NCBI RefSeq assembly: GCF_009914755.1
Contig: NC_060944.1
DNA length: 64,000 nt
From: the human T2T-CHM13v2.0 reference genome, Homo sapiens
Reading direction: 5' to 3' (one strand)
Below are positions 19,767-33,061 of the stretch, one piece after another; the first letter of the stretch is position 1; the number at the start of each line of letters is the position of its first letter. The position numbers and the translations under genes are program-made. The notes under the pieces are model-generated. The model saw nothing but the letters and a program-made list of their open reading frames with translations, was not told where the DNA came from and ran no database searches.

Positions 19767-19960
19767 TATATTCCGAGACAGTAGCAAGTTCTATCATTGT
19801 AAACAAAAAATTAAAAAAAAGAAAAAAGAAAAAATTGTTTCTAAGAGAGATGTAAATAAATAAATAAGAAAGAGAAGAAATAGATGGGAGACAGGACCCT
19901 GGATGATCTAGAGCCAGAACTCCTGGCAATGCCTTTTCTCTGCCTCAGTGATATATTTTA

Positions 19961-20349
<389 letters not shown>

Positions 20350-20751
20350 TTAACATGATTAGTTTTCCTTCCATTTTTCTAAGCCATATACTTTGGGATG
20401 GACTGTTCATTCCTTCCATCATTTTCCATCACTATTTCACTCTGAGGATTTACCAAAAGGGAAATAACTCAGTAACTTTTTAAGAATTTCCCTAGGCGAA
20501 CGTAGAGTCAGGGACAATTGAATAGTTATGTCCCCCTCAATAATTTTATATAGGCAAAATCAAAATACAATGAGTATCAAGTGAAAAAATGAATAAAAAG
20601 GCAACATGCAAGCTTGCAAGGTGTATCTGAATGTAAAAGGGCAGACCTGTCTGTTTTGCCTTGAGAAATAGGGTAGAGGGGCAGAGAGAGGGAAAAAAAG
20701 TGAGGTTAAGGGCTAATTTTACCTATGAATCTTAGGTCTTTTAGCACTAGC

Positions 20752-21070
20752 TTTTGTTTTTTGTTTTGTTTTTGTTTTTGTTTTTTTTTGAGACAGAGTT
20801 TCGCTCTTGTTGCCCAGGCTGGAGTGCAATGGCACGATCTCAACTCACTGCAACCCTCTGCCTCCCAAGTTCAAGCGATTCTCCCGCCTCAGCCTCTGGA
20901 GTAGCTGGGATTACAGGCATGCACCACCACGCCCAGCTAATTTTGTATTTTTAGTAGAGACGGGGTTTCTCCATGTTGGTCAGGCTGGTCTCAAACTCCC
21001 GACCTCACGTGATCTGCCCGCCTGGACCTCCCAAAGTGCTGGGATTGTAGGTATGAACCACTGTGGCCCG
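20752..21070 (-). mobile_element. Alu SINE
   Basis: TSD AGCACTAGCTTTT. Confidence 0.95.
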
Positions 21071-21271
21071 CCAGCACTAGCTTTTAAAAAATAACTGTTT
21101 TCTCTTCCACTAACTCCTTCCCTGGTTCTCTATACACCCACAATTAATGAACGATCTATTGATAGCTAGAGTCTGATCCTGAACACTGCCACAATCCAGG
21201 AAGAACTCTATAATCATTATGTCTCTACTTTCTCTCTTCATGTTCACTTTTACCAATTGAAATCAGATTCC

Positions 21272-21562
21272 TTTTTTTTTTTTTGAGTTGAAGTCTCTGT
21301 CACCCAGGCTTGAGTGCAGTGGCGTGATCTAAGCTCACTGCAACCTCTGCCTCCTGGGTTCATGTGATTCTCCTGCCTCAGCCTCCTGAGTAGCTGAGAT
21401 TACAGGCACATGCCACCACGCCTGGCTAATTTTTGTATATTTAGTAGACATGGGGTTTCACCATGTTGGCCAGGCTTGTCTCGAACTCCTGACCTCAGGT
21501 GATCTGCCCGCCTTGGCCTCCCAAAGTGCTGGGATTTCAGGTGTGAGCCACCGCACTCAGCC
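21272..21562 (-). mobile_element. Alu SINE
   Basis: TSD TTGAAATCAG. Confidence 0.95.
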
Positions 21563-22059
21563 TTGAAATCAGGTTTCTGTTCATGCTTCTCCACTGAAAC
21601 TGTCCTGGAAACATAAAAATTCTCAAGCTATTGAATTTCATGGTCACTTGCTGACTCATTCCCCATTCTCTGTGGCATTTGGCATTGTTGGCAATTTCTA
21701 TGTTCTTAGTACTCTCTCACCTTGGACTTCCGTGATAATCTCTTTAGCCTTGATATCCATCAACTCTTCTCAGTTCCCACTGCTGTTGCTATAGTTTAAG
21801 TCTTCATTGTTTCTTGTTTGGACCATTCAATAATGTCCTACTAGTTACACTGTCACCAGAGTTATACAGTGACATCCAATCCTCTACTGCCAAAGTCTCT
21901 CTCTTTCTTTCTCTCTCTCTTCCTCCCTCCCTTCCCCTCCCCTCCCATCACCCTCCTCTCCTCTTCTTTCCTTTTTTCTTTCTTTTTTGCTAAAGGGCAT
22001 TAAATATTTGCTTTTTTTGCTATTAAATATTTTTTGCTTTTAAATTTTTTTTGCTTTTT

Positions 22060-22392
22060 TCATTTTTAATTAACATATAATAATTGTACATATACGGAGC
22101 ACAGTGTGATATTTTGATACATATATACAATGTGTAGTGAACAAATCAGGGTAATTAGCATGTTTCTCACTTCAAAAGTTTATCACTTCTTTGTGTTTGG
22201 AACATTCAAAATCTGCTCTTCTAGCTATTTGAAAATATACAATAAATTGTTGTTAAATATAGTCACCCTATAGTGCTATAGAACCCTAGAACTTATTCCT
22301 CCTATTTAGCTATACTGTTGTATCAGTTTAACCAACCGTTGGATATCCCCTCTCCCCCAACCCTCACATCTAGTAGCTACTATTCTACTCTC
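22060..22392 (-). mobile_element. L1MA-type 3' end fragment
   Basis: TAATTGTACATATAC..GTAATTAGCAT..CTTCTAGCTATTTGAAAATATACAATAAATTG. Confidence 0.8.
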
Positions 22393-24050
22393 AAAGTCAT
22401 TTTTCTAAGGCATAATTCTATTCATGTTCTTCAAGGAGTAAACCTGAAATGACTACCCATTGCTCCCAGGATAAAGCCCAAACTTCATAGCCTGTCATAC
22501 AAAGTCCCTGCCTACCACTCCAGCCTCATAAGTTGCTTCTTACATACTACACCACAGCAAACTGATACACTTATGTATAGACAATGCTCTTTCATTCCTC
22601 TGTGTCTTTGGTCCTTTTTTCTGGCCTGAAATGTTCTTGTTCTCCCTTGCCTGCTTGGTGAACACTCACTAATCTTTCAAGATTCTGTCTATGCCATTTC
22701 CTTTGTGAAGCCTTTCTGACTACTCCACACACCATTAGAATTGACCTCTCCCTCATTCTGTGCCCTACAGTACCCTGTAAATGCTTCTGTTTTATTACCT
22801 ACAACACTTTATAATTTATTCATTCAATATTTTGGTTTTCCTCTTCGAGACTCTAAGCTGCTCAAGGATATGGACTGTTCTTAGGTATTCTTATATCCCC
22901 AATACTCCTGGTGTATAACTTTCATTAAAGATTTATTTTCTCCCTCTACAATTCAATGGCCTTTAGGATATTCACAAATTTATGCAAACATCCCACAATC
23001 ACAGAACATTTTTCATTACCCCAAAAAGAAATCCTGTACCCCTTAGTCATCATTCCCCAATTGCCCCATACCTCCCAGGCCTAGGTAACCAGTAACCGAC
23101 TTTCAGTCTCTGTGCATTTGCTTATTATGGACATTTCATACCTAGGAAGTCACATGATATGTGGCCATTTGTGTCTACCTTCTTTTGCTTAGCATGTATT
23201 CAAGGTTATCCATATCATACTTCGTTTGTTGTTTTTGCTGAGTATTCCATTGTATGGATATACCACGTTTTGTTGATCTGTTCATCAGTTGCTGGACATT
23301 TGGGCTAGTTCCACTTTTTGTCTATTATGAATAATGCTACTATTTATGTGTAAGTTTTTGTATGGAAATGTTTTCAATTCTCTTGGATATATACCTAGCA
23401 ATGGAACTATTAGATCATATAGTAACTTTATGTTTAACCTTTTGAGGAATTGCCAGACTGTTTACCAAAGCATTGCAACATTTTAAAAAAAATTGAGGTG
23501 AAATCCATATAACATAAAATTACCCGTTTTAAAGTGTGCAATTAAGTGACATTTAGTGCATTCCCAGTGTTGTACAGCCATTACCTTTCTACAGTTTCAA
23601 AACTTCATCATCCCGGAAGTACACTCTGTACCCATTAAGCAGTCACTCCCCATTCTCCCCTCTGCCATTCCCTAATCCAGTAATCTGCTTTCCATCTCTA
23701 TGAATTTGCCTATTTCAGATATTTCATAAAATAAGAACCATATAATAGGCAACCTTTTGTCTCGCTTTTTTCATGTAGCACAATTGTTTTTGAGGTTTAT
23801 CCAAGTTGTAACACCTATGAGCACTTCATTTTTTTATGGCTGAGTAATATTCCATTGTATGTATATTCCAATGTATATACCACAATTTGTTTATTTACTC
23901 ATTTGTTGGTCAATATTTGGGTTGTTTCCACCTTTAAGCTCTAATGAATAATGCTTCTATAAATATTTGTGTACAAATTTCTGTGTGAATATTATGTTTT
24001 CATTTCTCTTGGTTATATACCTAGTAATGAAATTAATAGGTCACATTGTA

Positions 24051-24431
<381 letters not shown>

Positions 24432-24517
24432 TAAATCTATATTTCACGTTTTAAGGAACTGCCACACTGTTTTCCACAGTGACTATACCATTTTATATTC
24501 CAACCAGCAATGTGTGA

Positions 24518-24898
<381 letters not shown>

Positions 24899-25439
24899 CG
24901 ATAATTTCCTGTTTTTTGATTATAACCATCCTAGTGGGTGTGATGTGATAACTCATTGTGCTTTTTGCTTTTATTTCCCTAATGACCAATGATGTTGAAT
25001 ATCTTTCATGTGCTTGGTCATTTGTTCATCTTCTTTGGGAAAATTTCTATCCAATTTCTTTGCCCATTTTTAAATTGGGTTGTCATTTTGTTGATGAGTT
25101 GTAAGGTTCTTTGTATACTCTGAATACTGAATTCTCATCAGATATATGAGTCACAAAAATTTTCTCTCATTCTGTGGGTTGTCGTTTCAGTTTCTTGAAG
25201 ATATCCTCCAAAACAGAAGAGTTTTTAGTTTTGATATCCAGTTTGGTTTTTCCTTTTTTGCTTGTGCTTTTGGTGGCATATCTAGGAAATCACTGCTTAA
25301 TCCAAAGTTAGGAAGATTTATGCCTATGTTTTCTTCTAAGAGTTTTAAATCTTTAGCTATATGTGTAGGTCTCTGATCCATTTTGAATTAATTTGTGTAT
25401 ATGAGGTATGAGGTGGGGGTACAAATTCATTCTTATGAA

Positions 25440-25590
25440 TTTTTATTTATTTTTGGTTTAATTTTAAAGAGATGAGGTAGGTTCTCGCTATGTTGACCAG
25501 GCTGGTCTTAAAGTCCTGGCCTTAAGTGATCCTTCTGCCTAGGCCTCCCAAAGCGCTGGGATTACAGATACGAACCATTGTGCCTAGCCT
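25440..25590 (-). mobile_element. Alu monomer (FLAM-like)
   Basis: Single diverged monomer. Confidence 0.8.
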
Positions 25591-25980
25591 TTAAAAACTG
25601 TTTTATTTATTTTTTTCAAATTCATTTTTTTCATGTGGTTATCCAGTTGTCCCAGCACCATTTGTTGGAGAGATTATCTCCTCCTGCACCTCCCACACTG
25701 AGTTTTCATGGCATCTTTGCCAAAAATCAGTTGATGATAAGTGTGATAGTTTACTTGTAAAACTCTCAATTCTATTCCAGTAACCTATATGTCTATCTTC
25801 ACATCAGGACCATACTGTCTTGATTACTGTAGCTTTGTAGTAAGTTTTGAAATTGGGAAGTGTGAGTCCTCCAACTCCATTCTTCTTTTTCAGGAACATT
25901 TTTTTCCATATGAATTTTAAGACCAGTTTGCCAATTTTTGAAAAGAAGTCAGCTGGGATTTTGATAAAGATTGTGTTGAA

Positions 25981-26293
<313 letters not shown>

Positions 26294-27075
26294 GATTGTG
26301 TTGAATATGTAGATCAATTTGGAGAGTATTGCCATCTTACCAATATTAAGTTCTCCAATTCATGAACATGGGAAGTCTTTTCATGTAGTGAAGTCTTCTT
26401 TAACTTCTTTAAACAATTTTTGTGGTCATCAGAATATGAGTTTCACACTTTTTTTGTAAAATTTATTCTTAAGTAGTTCATTTTTGATACTATTATAAAG
26501 TTTCTTTCATAATTTCATTTTTGGTTTGCTCACTGCTACTGTATAGAAATAGAACTTTTTTTTTGTATTTATCCTGCATTTGTTATGGAGCTCATTTATT
26601 AGTTCTAATAGTTTCGTAGTTGATTCCATACGATTTTCTGTATACAAGATCATGTCTTCTGTGAATACAGATCATTTTACTTCTTTCTTTCCAAGCTTGA
26701 TATCTTCTACTTTTGTTTCTTGTGTAATTGCCATAGCTAGAACTTCCAGTACAATGTTGAACAGAAATGGCAAAAGTGGACATCCTTGTCTTATTCCTGA
26801 TGTTAGGGATGAAGCAGTCAGTCTTTCACCATTAAATATAGTAGCTTTGGGTTTTCAATATCTTCTATCAGGTTGATAAAGTTTCCTTCCATTCTTAGTT
26901 TGTCACACATTTTTATCACAAAGCCTGTTGAATTTTGTCAAATGCTTTTACTAGATTAGAATGATCATGTGATCTTTGTCTTTTATTCTGTTGATGTGAT
27001 TGTTACATTGATTTATGGGTGGTAAACCAATCTTACATTTCTGGGTAAAATCCAAATATTTCTTTTTTTTTCCTT

Positions 27076-27147
27076 TTCTCTGACAGGGAATTGAACCTGG
27101 GCTGTGGCAGTGAGAGTGCTGAATTCTAACCACTAGACAAGCAGGGA
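27076..27147 (-). pseudogene. tRNA-Glu(CTC) retropseudogene
   Basis: Minus strand TCCCTGCTTGTCTAGTGGTTAGAATTCAGCACTCTCACTGCCACAGCCCAGGTTCAATTCCCTGTCAGAGAA; 60/72 identical to recalled human tRNA-Glu-CTC with most changes at CpGs; A-rich tail and CCAAATA direct repeats. Confidence 0.9.
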
Positions 27148-27728
27148 CCAAATACATATTTCTTAAATTGAATTTATCATGAGCACATTATATGAGGATT
27201 GGGTAAAAAGTAACTAAAAAAATGGCCAAAGAAACAAGATGGAAAATAACTTCCATTTTCAGATAGTAACTATTTAGGAAACATTGAAACTTTGGAAGTG
27301 AAATTGTTATTGTGTAAATATTTTAAAAAAGCATGTTTATACATCTTTCACACTCTTTGAGTCTTATATTTTTCCTTTAAAGTCTTGGAACTAGACCTTT
27401 ATGATATTCTAAATTTAATAACACTTAACAACTTGCCCTAAATATCCCTACTTTATAACAATTACTGTAGTGGTTTCCTCATAGATTTGTTTTTTCCCCA
27501 TCCCCCACACCCTTCCCAAGTACACACCCTTCCCAAGTATTATCCCAAGTGAGACTATCATTATCATCTATTATTCTTATTGGACATTTTAAAGTACCTG
27601 TACAAAAATGGCATTAGTTAGGGATATAGTAAAGTTACTTCTAGTCTTTTAATTGGCTTCTGCCCTTGGCGCTGTTTGAGCAAAGAGAAGAGACCCTCAT
27701 AGAGAACTCTAAGGACAAAAAAACTTAC

Positions 27729-27786
27729 TTTTAATTGTGACCCCAAGAATTATCAATATCTCTATTAACAGAGACAAGGGCTTCAT
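27729..27786 (-). CDS. SEL1L2: SEL1L2 first coding exon (MKPLSLLIEILIILGVTIK + 1 nt; signal-peptide-like)
   Basis: Minus strand ATG AAG CCC TTG TCT CTG TTA ATA GAG ATA TTG ATA ATT CTT GGG GTC ACA ATT AAA A|GTAAGT; peptide matches recalled SEL1L2 N-terminus; consensus donor; known neighbour of MACROD2. Confidence 0.93.
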
Positions 27787-27829
27787 CTTCTCTTAAGCAG
27801 CTTCTCTTCACTGTAACACAGGCAGAAAC

Positions 27830-28110
27830 TAGGTGATTGGCCCAAGAGCTCCTCTTCTCAGGGACTGTGGTGGGGGCAGGAGTCAGTTGCTAAGCAACCA
27901 TTTCCTTACTCTTGGGCCAATGGGCTGCCAGAGTGTTCCTTTCAAGCCGGAATGAAGGCAGCTGCTGGAGAATGTAGGCTGTGGAAAGGATCCACTGCTA
28001 TTCCTCTGGCTGAAGATAAGGGGTAGGCTAGAAATTAGGGGTGGCTCTCTAACATGAAAGGAAGGGACCAGAAGTCCGACTCGTACGTGTCCACACGTTC
28101 AACTGTGTTC
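27830..28110 (-). promoter_or_regulatory. SEL1L2: SEL1L2 proximal promoter (non-CpG-island) with RFX X-box-like palindrome and CCAAT boxes
   Basis: GTTGCTAAGCAAC 27886-27898; ATTGG 27836-27840; CCAAT 27917-27921; immediately upstream of the ATG exon. Confidence 0.6.
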
Positions 28111-28587
28111 AGGGGTGCTGGAAGTTCTTATTTTTATGTTGCCTCTAGAGGTACAAACTACACTTATGTAAAAACACAATTAAGGTACATGAACTGATCT
28201 GACATCATCCTGTAAGCTGGTATCTCTAGGCTATGGCGGAAAAGAAACAATGGGCCAAGTCTGCTTTGTTCCCAATCTGGATGAAAATCTTTATCCTCTT
28301 TTCCAGTTAGAAACTGCTGAGGATTTACTGGAACAAAGGCAAACAAAGACTGTTTAACAATGTCTTTACATACCTCAGATAATACAGACATCTCACAAGT
28401 GGTACCTTCAAAGCTACGAGAAATCAAAATGAATATTTAGGGAAAACATATAAATATTAAAAATATCCAAGGCACAGAGCTAGTTGAGAAATTATGCCTA
28501 CAAAAAATATCCAACTTTTACAGTCTGTCCAGGTCATTACTTTAGAAATAGACATTTTATTGTTTTGAATTTACAGTTTTATTCCTT

Positions 28588-28960
28588 TTATTAGTTTCCC
28601 ATTGCTGTGATAACAAATTACCACAAACGTAATGGGTTAAAACAACAGGAATTTATTCTCTCATAGTTCTAGAGACCAGAATTCCAAAACCATTCTTACA
28701 GGGCTAAAATCAAAGACAAGGCTAGCTCCTCCTGGAGGCTCCAGGGAAGAATCCATTCTTGGCCTGGAATTTTTCAGCTTCTAAGTGGCTGCCAGCATTC
28801 CTTGATTTGTGACCACATCATTTCAGTCTCTGCTCAGTCATCACTTGCCTTCTGTAGTTTAATCTCCCTTTGTGCCCCTCTTATAAAGATACTTGTGATT
28901 ACATTTAGGGCCCACCAACATGATCCAGAACAATCTCTCTCTCTCTCAAGATCCTTAATG
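28588..28960 (-). mobile_element. MLT1-family MaLR LTR fragment
   Basis: TATTAGTTTCCCATTGCTG…AAATTACCACAAAC…AAAACAACAGGAATTTATTCTCTCATAGTTCTAGAG. Confidence 0.8.
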
Positions 28961-28962
28961 TT

Positions 28963-29275
28963 GGCTGGGCGTGGCAGCTCACACTTGTAATCCCAGCACT
29001 TTGGGAGCCTAAGGCAGTTGGATTACTTGAGGCCAGGAGTTCGAGACCAGGCTGACCACCATGGCGAAACCCCGTGTCTACTAAAAATACAAAAATTAGC
29101 TGGACGTGGTGGTATGCGCCTGTAGTTTCAGGTACTCAGGAGGCTGAGGCATGAGAAGTGCTTGAATCCTGGGGCCAGGGGCCTGAGGGGTGGAGGTTGC
29201 AGTGAGCAGAGATTGTGCCACTGCAATGCAGCCTGAGCGACAGAGTGAGACTCCATCTCAAAACAACAACAACAA
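28963..29275 (+). mobile_element. Alu SINE
   Basis: Alu dimer with short internal insertion; (AAC)n tail. Confidence 0.93.
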
Positions 29276-29469
29276 ACCCAAACTTCTTTATAGGAAAATC
29301 AATGAGCAATGAAGGCATATAAGGGGAAGCGGCAAACAAAGGTCAGGTAGGGTCAGAGTCAGGGAAGGCTTTGCTAGGGAGTGATGTTCAAGCTGAAATA
29401 TGAAGAACGAGAGTGAGTCAGCTAAACAAATCATGTCCCAGGTGTTGCAATGAACATGTTAAGAGGCTA

Positions 29470-29882
<413 letters not shown>

Positions 29883-29920
29883 TCACTCCATTCTTAATAA
29901 TTTAATTGTTATAAAAAGAC

Positions 29921-30278
29921 TGTATTAGCCTGTATGCAACAAAATAATATAGACTGGGTGACTTTACACAGCAGAAATTAATTTTCTCAGTTCTGATGGC
30001 TAGAAATCTGAGACCAGGTTCTGGTGAGGGTCTTCTTCCTGCTTGCAAGATGGCTACCTTCTTGCTGTGTCCTCATATAGCAGGGAAAGGGGGTGGGAGG
30101 AGAGGATGAAAGAGATCTCCCTCTTCTTATAAGGCCTCAGTCCTATTAACCTCACTCACCCTTATGACCTCATTTAAACTTAATTACTTCGTAAAGACCT
30201 AATCTCCACATTTAGTCACATTGGAGATTAGGGCTTCAACATATGAATTTTGGGTGCACGTAAGTCAGTCCATAGTAA
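29921..30278 (-). mobile_element. MLT1A-like MaLR LTR
   Basis: TGTATTAG…AGACTGGGTGACTT…GGGCTTCAACATATGAATTTTGGG…CAGTCCATAG. Confidence 0.8.
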
Positions 30279-31280
30279 AGACCACCAGAAAGTCATTGAA
30301 TGACTTACAGAAGTGAGAAGACGTGATCACTTCTGACAAGGTATCACTAGATGCAGTCTAGACAATGGACAGAAGAGGGGCAACAGTGGGCATGAAGGCC
30401 ACTTAGGAAGTCTTTGCAATAGTCCAGCTAAATTCAGACTAAGTTTACTGCAATGCTGTTGGAAAGTAGTGATTCCAGACTTATACAGACCGCTCAATAA
30501 AATTGCGTAGGTATAGCAACCGATTTGATATGAGAGTGAAGTTATAAGAGGTACCAGGGATGGTGCTTAGGTTTCCAGATTTTTCAACTAAACGGGTAAT
30601 GGAGCCATTCGAAGAGATGGGGAAAACTGGGAGAAGGAGCATGAGTTCAGTTTGGTACACGGCACATTTCAAGTACTTTAGGGATGTTAAATATTTAACA
30701 GTTTTGAATGATAATGGTATTTTGTCAGAGTGATTAATACTAAATGCTGGAACAAATGCCCTCTACATACTTTTAATGTGCTTTCACACAATAAAAGTTC
30801 CAGTTCTTTGAGCTGACATGAAAGAAAAGATAATCAATAGTGTAATGTTCCTAAGAAAGCACATGTGGAAGGACTGGCTGGAGGCTGGAGTGCAAACAGC
30901 TTCTCTGTTGAAGGGAAGGTGTCTAGTATGATGTACTTGTCTTACCTTTCACATTTCTACATAAGAAGTCAATATCTTTTCTACAAAATCTGCAACTGTT
31001 CCCATATTGCTTAATATTAGCATTGCTATTTTGCCCCCTTACCCATCCTATGAAATGTTTTTCTTTTCTTCCTCACCTTTCTTTCAAAATCTATTGCATT
31101 ATCAGGTTTTATTTATTCTTCCCTGGTAATGTCTCTAATCAAAGACCTCTTTCTATTTCTAGTGCCAATAAATAAGTACATATTTTTATTACTAGCTCAA
31201 ATGTCACTTCCTTCTTGAAGCCTTCTTTATTTATCCCAAATCTATTTTTTTTCGTATTTCACAGCATTAAAAGAAAAACA

Positions 31281-31585
<305 letters not shown>

Positions 31586-32526
31586 TTACCTTACCATGTT
31601 GTGAATCATCCTTATGAGAGTGTCCTACTACTAAAAATATTCCATTCTTTACAATTCTTTTTGGGGCCTCCCCCCTTTCTTCCTTTTCTCTTCTATTATT
31701 TTTTAAAAATGTGTTCCAAATAATTATTTGCCCAATATATATAACAAGTACCCAAACTGCCAAATAAATGTGGATTTACAACATCCACTCAATTAGCCTT
31801 GAAGATGATCTGATATATAGAAACACAACAAATTTGGGGGGAGGGTACCAAACTTCTAAATTATAGGTCACCCTACTCATGTGGCGGACTTTAGTGAAAC
31901 TGGATTTTCAGAACCCGCCAGGTGAGTATTATCCAGAATCAAGCCAGCTTTTTGGACCTGCGTCTTAACATTAAGCAATTGGTAGAATAAAGTAAGACCA
32001 CTCGGCTCTGGTTAACAGGCATCTGGATTTGTTTTGACGTAAGACGTGTTTTCAATATAACATTTTGGTTGTCCGCAACTTCTTGGTTCTTAAAACCGTC
32101 TTGAGTATCGCAGTCTACATTTGTTCTTTCTAAACTTCACCAAATTCCAATGAAATTTGTAATTTTCACTACAGGTTTGAGGAGCCAACTGCATACGATG
32201 TGGAACCATTTGCCAATACTTTCATTTCTTTTGGTCTTTTTTAGTTGCCCACCCAGAGGAAAGCATCAGATTACCTGGTGAAAATCCTCCTCAACAGGGC
32301 AGTTGGAGTGAGCACGGACAATTCGTGTTGACCCTCGGTCTCCTCCCACTTCTACATCCTCCAAGTCCCTGAGGCGGCTTTCCGCTAGCTCGCCTGTCAC
32401 TTGGCGCACCTGGCTCTACAGGCCACGCCCTCAAGTCTTCCAAGAGGCCAGCGGTAAGCGCGGTCCACCTCCCTCTCCCACTAGGCGTCGGCTTCACGCC
32501 GCGCCCACGTCTCGAGGACAGCTCCA

Positions 32527-32576
32527 GCCCCCTCGCTCCCTGGCTCCGCCCCCTCGCTCCCTGGCTCCGCCCCCTC
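32527..32576 (+). repeat. 21-bp tandem repeat GCCCCCTCGCTCCCTGGCTCC x2.4
   Basis: Exact copies at 32527-32547 and 32548-32568, plus an 8-nt partial copy. Confidence 0.95.
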
Positions 32577-33015
32577 CAGCTCCCTAGCGTCGTCGGCGTC
32601 GAGCCCGAGCCTGCGCCTGCGCGTGCGCCCTGGGGCCCAAGTTGGGGCGCGCCGTGGCTAGAACACGGAGAGCGGCGGGCAGTGCAGCCAATGGGAGGCG
32701 GCGCTGCCTAGCGGCTGGTAGGCGGTGCCTGCGCGGGTGTTAGGTTAGCGCGAGGCGTGACCTAGTTGACAGGCTCTGAGGTGCTGCTGTGGCGGCGTCC
32801 GCGGGGCTGAGGCGGGTGGGAGCCGGAGCCGAGCGCGGGCTGAGGGAGGAGGGCGGCGACTGGAGAGCGGCGAGCGGCGAGCAGCGCAGGACGCAGAGCC
32901 TCTTTCACTTTTTCCCTGCTGAGTGCCCCCTCCCACCCCTCCCACTCCACACACACCCTGTTTGCCCGTGAGCCTGGGGAACTTGCAGCTTAAAGCCAGC
33001 CACCCCCACGGCAAC

Positions 33016-33061
33016 ATGTACCCCAGCAACAAGAAGAAAAAGGTGTGGAGAGAGGAGAAAG
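33016..33061 (+). CDS. MACROD2: MACROD2 coding exon 1 (MYPSNKKKKVWREEK + 1 nt), mono-ADP-ribosylhydrolase 2
   Basis: AACATGT start; peptide matches recalled MACROD2 N-terminus; donor AAG|GTAACC; splices in frame to 39539. Confidence 0.96.

Noticed and set aside
27076-27147. Functional tRNA gene
   Set aside because: Stem mismatches, decayed CpGs, mutated B box, A tail rather than a T-run terminator
31867-31927. Plus-strand CAG|GTGAGT donor upstream of the CpG island
   Set aside because: Upstream of the likely TSS with a weak acceptor; isolated consensus matches are expected by chance
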